Assembly (NCBI GenBank): GCA_028723425.1
Contig: JAQYEZ010000044.1
Coordinates: forward strand, 1 to 32,000
DNA from: Peptoniphilaceae bacterium
GTDB taxonomy: Bacteria; Bacillota; Clostridia; Tissierellales; Peptoniphilaceae
Length of the DNA: 32,000 bases
Direction of reading: 5' to 3'
The notes under the pieces were generated by a model, which saw only the letters and a list, made by a program, of their open reading frames with translations, was not told where the DNA came from and made no database searches. A program made the translations under genes and the position numbers. The stretch's first letter is position 1, and every line of letters starts with the position of its first letter. Shown here one piece after another: positions 24,486-32,000 of this stretch.

Positions 24486-27400
24486 ATGACAATCAAAAGA
24501 GCTATGAAGACTATGGACGGTAACACCGCAGCAGCTCACGTATCCTATGCGTTTACTGATGTTGCAACAATTTACCCCATAACACCTTCATCACCAATGC
24601 CAGAAGCTGTAGACGTTTGGGCAGCAAATGGAAGAAAAAACTTATTCGGAAGACCAGTTCAAGTTAAAGAACTTCAATCTGAAGCTGGCGCAGCTGGAGC
24701 AGTTCACGGATCACTAACAGCTGGAGCATTAACTACTACATATACAGCAAGTCAAGGATTATTATTAATGATTCCTAACATGTACAAAATTGCTGGAGAA
24801 AGATTACCAGCAGTATTCCATGTATCTGCTAGAACTTTAGCTACACACGCTTTATCAATTTACGGAGATCATTCAGACGTTATGGCTACAAGACAAACAG
24901 GCTTTGCCCTACTAGCTTCTAACTCTGTACAAGAAGTAATGGATCTTGCCCCAATAGCTCACTTATCAGCTATCAAAGGTAGAGTACCATTCTTACATTT
25001 CTTTGATGGATTTAGAACAAGCCATGAAATCCAAAAAATCGAAGTTTGGGACTATGATACCTTAGCTCCATTATTAGATCAAAAAGCAGTTGAAGAATTT
25101 AAAGCTCATGCACTAAACCCAGAAAAACCAAAAACAGTTGGTACTGCAGAAAAGAATATTTTCTTCCAAAGAATGGAAGCTTCAAACAACTCATATACAA
25201 ATATAGTTGGTGTTGTTGAAGACTATATGCACCAAATTAATGAACTTATTGGAACAAACTATGATTTATTTAACTACTATGGTGCAGACGATGCAGATAG
25301 AATTATCATAGCTATGGGTTCAGTATGCCAAGCTGCTAGAGAAACAATTGATGTTTTACTAGAAAGAGGCGAAAAAGTAGGTCTTGTTGAAGTTCACCTA
25401 TACAGACCATTCTCACAAGAACACTTATTAAAAGCTATTCCAAAAACAGTAAAGAAAATTGCAGTTTTAGATAGAACAAAAGAAAAAGGCTCAATTGGAG
25501 AACCTTTATTACTAGATGTAAAGGCTAGCTTCTTTGACCAAGAAAATAGACCATTAATTATTGGTGGTAGATACGGACTTTCATCAAAAGATACAGTTCC
25601 TGCTGATATAGAAGCAGTATATAACAACCTTGCTCAAGATCAACCAAAAGAAGACTTCACTCTTTCTATTACAGATGATGTTACCCACAAATCACTTGAA
25701 AGAACAGACCTTAAAATTAGGCAAGAAGGAACAACAAGATGTAAATTCTGGGGCTTTGGATCCGACGGAACAGTTGGTGCTAACAAACAAGCTATCAAAA
25801 TCATCGGTGATAACACAGATATGTATGCCCAAGGTTACTTCGACTATGATTCTAAAAAATCAGGTGGTTTAACAATATCTCACTTAAGATTTGGTAAAAA
25901 ACCTATCAGATCAACTTACTTATTGGACGAAGCTGACTTTATGTCATGTTCAAAACCTGCTTATGTTCACCAATATGATTTATTAAAAGGCTTAAAAGAT
26001 GGTGGTACTTTCTTATTAAACTGCCAATGGTCAGAAGATGAGTTAGATTCACACTTACCAGCAAGCATGAAAAGATACATGTATGATCATAAGATTAACT
26101 TCTATATAATCGATGCATCTGATATAGCAGTAGAAATTGGACTTGGTTCAAGAACAAACATGATTATGCAATCAGCCTTCTTCAATCTTGCAAATGTAAT
26201 TCCACAAGAAGAAGCAGTTAAACATCTAAAAGAGTCTATAGTTAAGGCTTACGGTCACAAGGGTGATGATGTTGTAAACATGAACTACAAAGCTGTAGAT
26301 ATGGGCAAAGATGCTGTTAAGAAAATAGAAATTCCTGAAAGCTGGAAAGATGCAGTTGATGAAAAGAAAGAAGAAAAAGAACTTCCAGAATTTATCAAAA
26401 ACATTGTTAAACCAATGCTTGAACAAAAAGAAGATGATATTCCTGTATCAGCCTTTGTAGGAATAGAAGATGGAGCATTTGAACCAGGTACAACTCAATA
26501 TGAAAAGAGAGGTATTGCTTTAACAGTACCTGAATGGCAAATAGACAATTGTATCCAATGTAACCAATGTTCATATGTATGTCCTCATGCTGTAATTAGA
26601 CCATTCTTAGTAACAGAAGAAGAAAAAGCAAATGCACCTGAAGGATTTGAAACAAAGAAAGCAATTGGTAAAGGAATGGATGGATATGAATTTAGAATTC
26701 AAGTTTCTCCATTAGATTGTACTGGCTGTGGAAACTGTGCAGATGTATGTCCAGCTCCTACAAAAGCTTTGCTAATGAAGCCTTTCGAAGAACAAGTAGA
26801 AAAAGAAAAAGATCATTGGGAATATGCTCACCATACAGTTGGATATAAAGATAATCTTATGGATGCAGGAACACTTAAAGGTTCTCAATTCAAACAACCA
26901 TTACTAGAGTTCTCAGGAGCTTGTGCAGGTTGTGGAGAAACTCCATATGCTAAATTAGTAACTCAATTATTTGGTGATAGAATGTATATTGCTAATGCAA
27001 CAGGATGTTCATCAATTTGGGGAGCAAGTGCACCAGCAATACCATATACAACAAATGCTTGTGGTCAAGGTCCAGCTTGGGGTAACTCATTATTTGAAGA
27101 TGCTGCAGAATATGGCTATGGTATGAAGCTTGCTAACGATTCTAACAGACTTCAACTTGAAACATATATGAATCAATTTATAGAGCTTGATGTAGATTCT
27201 GAACTTAACCAAGCCTTCCAAGAATGGATTGAAGGAAAAGAAGAAGTAAACTCATCAAAAGAAGCAGCAGCTAAAATTCTTAACCTAAAAGACAAAAAGA
27301 TAGATAATGAAGAAGCTTCTGATTTATTAAGAAAGATTTATAACCTAGAAGACTTCCTAATCAAAAAATCAATCTGGATCTTCGGTGGTGACGGTTGGAG

Positions 27401-28013
27401 TTACGATATCGGATTTGGTGGACTAGATCATGTACTTGCATCTGGTGAAAATATCAATGTACTAGTATTTGATACAGAAGTTTACTCAAATACAGGTGGA
27501 CAATCTTCTAAATCTACCCCATTATCAGCAGTAGCACAATTTGCCGCTTCTGGTAAAAAGGTTAGAAAGAAAGATCTTGGTTTAATGATGACATCATATG
27601 GTTATGTATATGTAGCCCAAGTAGCTATGGGTGCTAACCAAAACCAAACCTTAAAGGCTATAAAAGAAGCTGAAAGCTATAACGGACCTTCCCTAATTAT
27701 AGCTTATGCTCCATGTATTAACCATGGTATTAGAATTGGAATGGGTAAATCTCAATTTAGAGAAAAACAAGCTGTTGAAGCTGGTTACTGGCACTTATGG
27801 AGATTCGATCCAAGACTATCTGATCAAGGAAAGAATCCATTCCAATTAGACTCTAAAGAACCAAAAGAATCATTCCAAGAATTCTTACAAGGAGAAGTAA
27901 GATACTCTTCACTAAAGAGATCATTCCCAGAAACAGCAGATGCTCTATATGCTGAAGCTGAAAAAGCTGCAAAAGATAGATATGAAACATATAAGAGATT
28001 AGCTGGTAAATAG
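24486..28013 (+). CDS. nifJ: Pyruvate:ferredoxin (flavodoxin) oxidoreductase, single-polypeptide form
   Basis: 1175 aa from the ATG at 24486 (AGGAGG at 24476-24481). N-terminus MDGNTAAAHVSYAF. Two 4Fe-4S motifs CIQCNQCSYVCP and CTGCGNCADVCP. TPP-binding GGDGWSYDIGFGGLDH. Confidence 0.95.
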   Translation: MTIKRAMKTMDGNTAAAHVSYAFTDVATIYPITPSSPMPEAVDVWAANGRKNLFGRPVQVKELQSEAGAAGAVHGSLTAGALTTTYTASQGLLLMIPNMYKIAGERLPAVFHVSARTLATHALSIYGDHSDVMATRQTGFALLASNSVQEVMDLAPIAHLSAIKGRVPFLHFFDGFRTSHEIQKIEVWDYDTLAPLLDQKAVEEFKAHALNPEKPKTVGTAEKNIFFQRMEASNNSYTNIVGVVEDYMHQINELIGTNYDLFNYYGADDADRIIIAMGSVCQAARETIDVLLERGEKVGLVEVHLYRPFSQEHLLKAIPKTVKKIAVLDRTKEKGSIGEPLLLDVKASFFDQENRPLIIGGRYGLSSKDTVPADIEAVYNNLAQDQPKEDFTLSITDDVTHKSLERTDLKIRQEGTTRCKFWGFGSDGTVGANKQAIKIIGDNTDMYAQGYFDYDSKKSGGLTISHLRFGKKPIRSTYLLDEADFMSCSKPAYVHQYDLLKGLKDGGTFLLNCQWSEDELDSHLPASMKRYMYDHKINFYIIDASDIAVEIGLGSRTNMIMQSAFFNLANVIPQEEAVKHLKESIVKAYGHKGDDVVNMNYKAVDMGKDAVKKIEIPESWKDAVDEKKEEKELPEFIKNIVKPMLEQKEDDIPVSAFVGIEDGAFEPGTTQYEKRGIALTVPEWQIDNCIQCNQCSYVCPHAVIRPFLVTEEEKANAPEGFETKKAIGKGMDGYEFRIQVSPLDCTGCGNCADVCPAPTKALLMKPFEEQVEKEKDHWEYAHHTVGYKDNLMDAGTLKGSQFKQPLLEFSGACAGCGETPYAKLVTQLFGDRMYIANATGCSSIWGASAPAIPYTTNACGQGPAWGNSLFEDAAEYGYGMKLANDSNRLQLETYMNQFIELDVDSELNQAFQEWIEGKEEVNSSKEAAAKILNLKDKKIDNEEASDLLRKIYNLEDFLIKKSIWIFGGDGWSYDIGFGGLDHVLASGENINVLVFDTEVYSNTGGQSSKSTPLSAVAQFAASGKKVRKKDLGLMMTSYGYVYVAQVAMGANQNQTLKAIKEAESYNGPSLIIAYAPCINHGIRIGMGKSQFREKQAVEAGYWHLWRFDPRLSDQGKNPFQLDSKEPKESFQEFLQGEVRYSSLKRSFPETADALYAEAEKAAKDRYETYKRLAGK

Positions 28014-28037
28014 AGTTTAAAATAAAATAGAAATTTT

Positions 28038-28087
28038 AAAGGTGATGGTACACAATAAGTAAAATTATTGTGGTCATCGCCTTTTTT
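28038..28087 (+). terminator. Rho-independent terminator after the PFOR gene
   Basis: GGTGATG..CACAATAA (28041-28058) pairs with TTATTGTG..CATCGCC (28066-28081) with an internal mismatch, followed by TTTTTT. Confidence 0.7.
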
Positions 28088-28128
28088 GTAGTTGAAATTT
28101 TTTAAAAATAAATATTTTGACTTGTAGC

Positions 28129-28157
28129 ACATATAGATATTGACAAAATCTATATGT
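28129..28157. promoter_or_regulatory. 10-bp perfect inverted repeat bracketing the -35 box (candidate repressor operator)
   Basis: ACATATAGAT (28129-28138), 9-nt spacer, ATCTATATGT (28148-28157). The TTGACA -35 box sits in the spacer. Confidence 0.45.
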
Positions 28158-28168
28158 TATTGTACTAT
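28140..28168 (+). promoter_or_regulatory. Sigma-A promoter of the GntR/ABC operon
   Basis: TTGACA (28140-28145), 17-nt spacer, TACTAT (28163-28168). Confidence 0.55.
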
Positions 28169-28206
28169 TATAACAGTTAATACACTATAAACAGTTGGAG
28201 TTATAT

Positions 28207-28587
28207 ATGAATATTCAAATTGATAATTCAAGTAATGATCCACTTTATCTACAAATCAAAAATCAGATAAAGGCACAAATAATAAGTGGAGATTTAAATG
28301 TAGGAGAACAACTACCATCAATTAGATATATGGCAAAAGAGCTTAGAATTTCTATGATTACTGCAAAAAGAGCTTTTGATGAGTTAGAGTTAGAAGGATT
28401 TATTGATTCAGTCCAGGGAAAGGGGAATTTTGTTGCACCACAAAATAAAGAACTTATCAAAGAAGAGTATCTAAAAAAGATTGAAGAAAATCTACAAGAA
28501 GCTATAAAATTAGCAAAGTTTGTAAATATTGGTAATGATGAGCTATTAGAAATGTTAAATAATTACTTGGAGGAAATTTATGACTAA
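28207..28587 (+). CDS. GntR-family transcriptional regulator, YtrA subfamily (short C-terminal domain)
   Basis: 126 aa. Winged HTH LPSIRYMAKELRISMITAKRAFDELELEGFIDSVQGKGNFV plus a short helical tail. ATG at 28207 after GGAG. Confidence 0.85.
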   Translation: MNIQIDNSSNDPLYLQIKNQIKAQIISGDLNVGEQLPSIRYMAKELRISMITAKRAFDELELEGFIDSVQGKGNFVAPQNKELIKEEYLKKIEENLQEAIKLAKFVNIGNDELLEMLNNYLEEIYD

Positions 28588-29428
28588 TACTATTGAAATT
28601 AAAAATCTTGAGAAAAGATTTGATAGTTTTACACTTGGTCCAATAAATCTTGATATACCTAAGGGAACTATAGTGGGGTATATAGGTCAAAATGGTGCTG
28701 GTAAATCTACTACTATTAAGTTGATATTAGGTTTACTTAGTTGTGATAATGGTGATATCAAGCTATTTGGCGACTACAAACCAAAAGATGTATTTATAAA
28801 AGACAGAATAGGTGTAGTTTTTGACGATCTACTTCTTCCTGAAGAGTTAAATCTATTAGATGTGGAAAAATTTTTTTCAGGCGTCTATAAAAATCGGGAA
28901 AAAGAAGTTTTCTTATCACTGGTAAAAAGTTTTAAATTAAATATAAAACAAAAAATAAAATCCTATTCAAGAGGTATGAAAATGAAACTTTCTATGGCAA
29001 TAGCTTTATCACATCATGCTGATCTCTTAATTTTGGATGAAGCGACAAGTGGACTAGATCCTATTGTTAGAGAGGAAATATTAGATTTACTTCTTGATTT
29101 TATGTTAGATGAGAACCATACTATATTAATTTCTTCCCATATTTTATCAGATCTTGAAAAAATCGCCGATTATATAGCTTTTATCAATAATGGTAAAATT
29201 TTATTCATGGAAAGAAAGGATAAATTGGAAGAAGAATATGGGATGTGTTCCTTGTCAAATCAACAGGCAGAAAAATTAGATAAAAGTGCTATAGTTGGAC
29301 GTAGAACGCACTCTTTTGGTCAAGAACTATTAGTTAAAAAATCCCTCATACCTAAAGATATTAAGATTCAAAAACCCTCTATAGAAGATATAATGATTTA
29401 TTATGTTAAAGGAGAAAATGAAAAATGA
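28580..29428 (+). CDS. ABC transporter ATP-binding protein (YtrB-like)
   Basis: Walker A GQNGAGKST, signature YSRGMKMKLSMA, Walker B LLILDEATSGLD, H-loop SSH. Overlaps the GntR gene by 8 nt. Confidence 0.9.
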   Translation: MTNTIEIKNLEKRFDSFTLGPINLDIPKGTIVGYIGQNGAGKSTTIKLILGLLSCDNGDIKLFGDYKPKDVFIKDRIGVVFDDLLLPEELNLLDVEKFFSGVYKNREKEVFLSLVKSFKLNIKQKIKSYSRGMKMKLSMAIALSHHADLLILDEATSGLDPIVREEILDLLLDFMLDENHTILISSHILSDLEKIADYIAFINNGKILFMERKDKLEEEYGMCSLSNQQAEKLDKSAIVGRRTHSFGQELLVKKSLIPKDIKIQKPSIEDIMIYYVKGENEK

Positions 29429-30045
29429 AAGCTTTAATAAGAAAAGACTTGGCAACTATTAAAAACACTCTAATATTAGTTTTATTAGTATGTATAGTTA
29501 TTGGATTTTATGCATTTAATCAAAAAATTTATATAATGATTCCAGCGATTTATATTGTTATGTCTTTAATTCTAACATCTATAGCACAAGGATATGATGT
29601 CAAAGCAAATTTTGAACAGTTTGCATTTTGCCTGCCAATAGATAGGAAAGACTATGTTTTTTCTAAGTTATTTATTGCCTTTGCCTTTGGAATTTTGGCT
29701 GCTTTTAGTATATTTATTATCCTTAGTATAAAAACAAGCATAAAAACTGTAAATATTACACTTTTTTCTCTACTTAGTTTTATAACTTGTCTTTTAGTAT
29801 CAGCAATACAATTACCATTTTCCTTAAAATTTGGAACAGAAAAAGGGAAAATTGTCTTTATAGTAACATATGCTTTGATTTTTATTTGTATTTCCTTATT
29901 AAAAGATCATATTACAGAAATGGTTAGATATTTGAACTCTTATTCAGCTATTACCATAGGCTTTAGTGTTTGTTTTATTTGTTTGTTAATTATTAGCTTA
30001 TGCGTCTATATATCTATTAAAGTAATACAAAATAAAGAATTTTGA
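29425..30045 (+). CDS. ABC-2 family membrane protein (about 6 TM)
   Basis: 206 aa, polytopic and hydrophobic. The start overlaps the ATPase stop (ATGA). Confidence 0.7.
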   Translation: MKALIRKDLATIKNTLILVLLVCIVIGFYAFNQKIYIMIPAIYIVMSLILTSIAQGYDVKANFEQFAFCLPIDRKDYVFSKLFIAFAFGILAAFSIFIILSIKTSIKTVNITLFSLLSFITCLLVSAIQLPFSLKFGTEKGKIVFIVTYALIFICISLLKDHITEMVRYLNSYSAITIGFSVCFICLLIISLCVYISIKVIQNKEF

Positions 30046-30078
30046 CTAATAATCTTATGCTTAATTATAAATAATGTG

Positions 30079-30110
30079 AGAATCTCTTAGAATAAAGGGA
30101 TTCTATTTTT
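30079..30110 (+). terminator. Rho-independent terminator after the GntR/ABC operon
   Basis: AGAATCTCTT (30079-30088) pairs with AAGGGATTCT (30095-30104, one G-U pair), followed by ATTTTT. Confidence 0.65.
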
Positions 30111-30141
30111 GTAGAAAAAACTTTATAAAAAGGTCAGAAAT

Positions 30142-30170
30142 TATGAATTATATGCTAAAAATGGTATAAT
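30142..30170 (+). promoter_or_regulatory. Candidate extended -10 promoter of asp23-yloV
   Basis: TGG-TATAAT (30162-30170) with a weak -35. Confidence 0.45.
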
Positions 30171-30207
30171 TTTTAATATATGTATAAATTAAAAAATGGA
30201 GGAGTAT

Positions 30208-30561
30208 ATGTCAATTAAGTATGTAAACAATTACGGAAAAGTAAGTATAGATGATTCTGTAATTGCAAATATTGCATGTGCATCTGTTATGTCAAGCTAT
30301 GGAGTAGTAGGACTAGCTAGTAAAAGTACAAAAGATGGAATATATAAATTATTAGGAATAAACAACATGGACAGAGGTGTTCATGTAGAAAGAAATATCG
30401 ATGGAAGCGTAAATGTAAACATATCTTTAATTTTGGAATATGGGGTCAGGATTGCCGTTGTATGTGAAAATATTATTGATAATGTTAAATACAATATAGA
30501 AAAGTCACTTAATATTGGAGTCAGTGAAGTTAATATTGTAGTTCAAGGAATCAGGAAATAG
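30208..30561 (+). CDS. Asp23/Gls24-family envelope stress protein (YloU-like)
   Basis: GKVSIDDSVIANIA...SYGVVGL and VNI.V..I are typical Asp23-family sequences. ATG at 30208 after GGAGG. Confidence 0.85.
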   Translation: MSIKYVNNYGKVSIDDSVIANIACASVMSSYGVVGLASKSTKDGIYKLLGINNMDRGVHVERNIDGSVNVNISLILEYGVRIAVVCENIIDNVKYNIEKSLNIGVSEVNIVVQGIRK

Positions 30562-30568
30562 GTGAAAG

Positions 30569-32000
30569 ATGAGAGAAATTGATGCTAATGAACTTGTTTT
30601 TATGATAAACAAGGCTTATGAATTTTTGAATGAGAATAAGGATCATGTAGATAAATTAAATGTATTCCCAGTTCCAGATGGAGATACAGGTACCAATATG
30701 ACTATGACTATGAAATCTGGAGTTGAAAAAGTAAAATCTTCAGATAAGTCTTCAATTGAAGATATTTGTAAGGCTCTTAGTCAAGGAACTCTTATGGGAG
30801 CTAGGGGAAACTCTGGTGTTATACTTTCTCAACTTTGTAGAGGTATGGCAAAAGCTACAAAGGGAAAAGAAAGAATAGGCAATGAAGAAATTAAAGCTAT
30901 TTTTCTACAAGCACAAAAGACATCCTATAAGGCAGTTATGAAACCTACAGAAGGAACTATACTTACAGTTTGTAGGATGATGGCTGAAAAAGCTAGTGAA
31001 GCTTTTAATACTGATATGGATATAGAAGAATATCTTTATCTAATAATCTCTGCTGGTCAAAAAGCTCTCTTAAATACACCAAATCAACTTCCTGTTCTAA
31101 AAGAAGCTGGTGTAGTAGATTCTGGTGGTCAAGGTCTAATGTATCTTGTAGAAGGTGCTCTAAGAGCTTTAAACGAAGATTTCAATTTAGCAGAAGATAT
31201 TGAAATTGAAGTAGAAAAACCTAAAAATTTCGCCATAAGCTTGGAAGTATTTACAGATGAACAAGGTAGCCAACAAATCAAAAAATCAATAGATCAACTT
31301 TCTTCTAATCCGATGTACGCTTATAATAAGAGTATTTTTAAATCAGACTTTGAAATAGATGAAATTGATAATATAGCTGATATTTTTACAAATAATGCTG
31401 GTCTAATTAAATTTGAGATTAAAAATATAAATCCTGACATAGATAAAAAGGTAAAACTAATGGCTAAGCCAAAGAAAAAATATGGTTTTATAGCGGTTTC
31501 TAGGGGAGAAGGATATGACAAGGTATTTGAAAGTCTAAATGTAGATAAAATTATTGCAGGTGGTCAGACTATGAATCCATCTACAGAAGATATTTTTAAG
31601 GCAATTGATGAAATAAATGCTGATAATATAATAATTTTTCCAAATAATAAAAACATAATTATGGCTGCAAAACAAGCTTGCCTTCTTTCAGAAAAAAACT
31701 GTGTAGTTGTAGAAACTCGTTCTATACCTGAGTCATTTTCTGCTATATTGACTTTTGATGATTCAAATAGTCTTGAAGAAAATCTTGAAGATATGAAAGA
31801 AGTAATAGAAGATTTAAAGGTTTGTGAAGTAAGCATTTCCATAAGAGATACTATAATAGGTGGTCTTAAAATCAAGAAGGATGATTATATTGGTATAGCA
31901 GATGGTAAAATTGTAGCAAGTGAGAATTCTATTTCTAATACGGGCTTTAAAACGTTGGAAAAAACTGTAGATAACAATACTTCCTTGATAACAATTTACT
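30569..32000 (+). CDS. DAK2-domain protein YloV / FakA-like (fatty acid kinase ATP-binding subunit), 3' end outside the window
   Basis: Not in the supplied ORF track because no stop is reached. My own translation from the ATG at 30569 gives MREIDANELVFMINKAYEFL...FPVPDGDTGTNMTMT...RGNSGVILSQL...VVDSGGQGL...GGQTMNPSTEDI...IIFPNNKNIIMAA. The frame stays open to 32000. Confidence 0.85.
   Translation, partial: MREIDANELVFMINKAYEFLNENKDHVDKLNVFPVPDGDTGTNMTMTMKSGVEKVKSSDKSSIEDICKALSQGTLMGARGNSGVILSQLCRGMAKATKGKERIGNEEIKAIFLQAQKTSYKAVMKPTEGTILTVCRMMAEKASEAFNTDMDIEEYLYLIISAGQKALLNTPNQLPVLKEAGVVDSGGQGLMYLVEGALRALNEDFNLAEDIEIEVEKPKNFAISLEVFTDEQGSQQIKKSIDQLSSNPMYAYNKSIFKSDFEIDEIDNIADIFTNNAGLIKFEIKNINPDIDKKVKLMAKPKKKYGFIAVSRGEGYDKVFESLNVDKIIAGGQTMNPSTEDIFKAIDEINADNIIIFPNNKNIIMAAKQACLLSEKNCVVVETRSIPESFSAILTFDDSNSLEENLEDMKEVIEDLKVCEVSISIRDTIIGGLKIKKDDYIGIADGKIVASENSISNTGFKTLEKTVDNNTSLITIY

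Noticed and set aside
28181-28186. A TACACT hexamer in the GntR operon leader. As far as I recall, it resembles one half-site of the inverted repeat reported for Bacillus YtrA.
   Set aside because: No complementary AGTGTA partner exists at any reasonable spacing upstream, and my recollection of the Bacillus operator is not verifiable here. The perfect 10-bp palindrome at 28129-28157 is the better operator candidate.
2027-30207. N-terminal extensions in the ORF track for ribD (2027), ribE (3090), rpmG (9758), rplJ (12141), the permease (14610), the ABC ATPase (16135), PFOR (24456), GntR (28195) and asp23 (30196).
   Set aside because: In each case an internal ATG is preceded at proper spacing by a GGAGG-type SD, and the protein then begins at the canonical family N-terminus. 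The extensions run through leaders, riboswitch or terminator sequence, or the SD itself.
2993-31875. The remaining short ORFs in the track that overlap recognised genes. Their start coordinates are 2993-, 3739-, 6611+, 7782-, 12566-, 12609-, 13359-, 15671-, 18611+, 21649-, 22916-, 23197-, 25394-, 25630+, 26226-, 27824-, 28263-, 28502-, 31321- and 31564-.
   Set aside because: Each is nested in or antisense to a CDS with clear family motifs. All are low-complexity, have no RBS and have no recognisable domains. The last two are antisense to the yloV-like gene, which is missing from the track only because it runs off the window.
1-32000. A window-wide look for CRISPR repeats, tRNA/rRNA genes, IS or transposase ends, integrases, toxin-antitoxin pairs and known defence-system signatures.
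   Set aside because: I found no spaced direct repeats, tRNA-like T-arm/acceptor sequences, DDE or tyrosine-recombinase-like ORFs, or paired small ORFs. The window is essentially core chromosome apart from the 13.4-16.8 kb operon.

Overview
This is an AT-rich (about 30-35% GC by eye) chromosome segment of a Gram-positive anaerobe type. The gene content looks like Clostridia/Tissierellia, but that taxon assignment is an inference. Almost everything is core housekeeping. In window order: the tail of rpsU; a PBP5-type DD-carboxypeptidase; an FMN-riboswitch-controlled ribD-ribE-ribBA-ribH operon extended by a translationally coupled HAD phosphatase; a minus-strand methyltransferase-rsmI unit followed by a small CC-motif protein; glmM plus a coupled orphan ORF; the rpmG-secE-nusG-rplK-rplA and rplJ-rplL ribosomal cluster with recognisable leader RNAs; a FlK-type thioesterase; a PerR-like regulator; ychF-tdk; aminopeptidase P-uvrC-hprK; a 1175-aa pyruvate:ferredoxin oxidoreductase; a YtrA-type GntR/ABC-2 operon; and asp23-yloV, with yloV running off the 3' end. 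I saw no CRISPR array, tRNA/rRNA, transposase, integrase, phage or recognisable defence genes. The only block that looks accessory is a very AT-rich, five-gene, translationally coupled operon at 13402-16770. It encodes a lipoprotein, a membrane-anchored soluble-domain protein, two 6-TM permeases and a short ABC ATPase, and it sits where rpoB-rpoC normally follow rplL. I read it as an orphan LanI/LanH-LanEGF-like peptide immunity or export module, but that is inference from architecture and motifs, not demonstrated homology. Smaller points of interest are twin L1-type hairpins in front of rplK and rplA, the HAD gene in the rib operon, a CC-motif mini-protein, a perfect-SD 11-codon mini-ORF and a 10-bp inverted repeat over the YtrA-operon promoter. 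I found no convincing evidence for a wholly new multi-gene system beyond the 13.4-16.8 kb operon.
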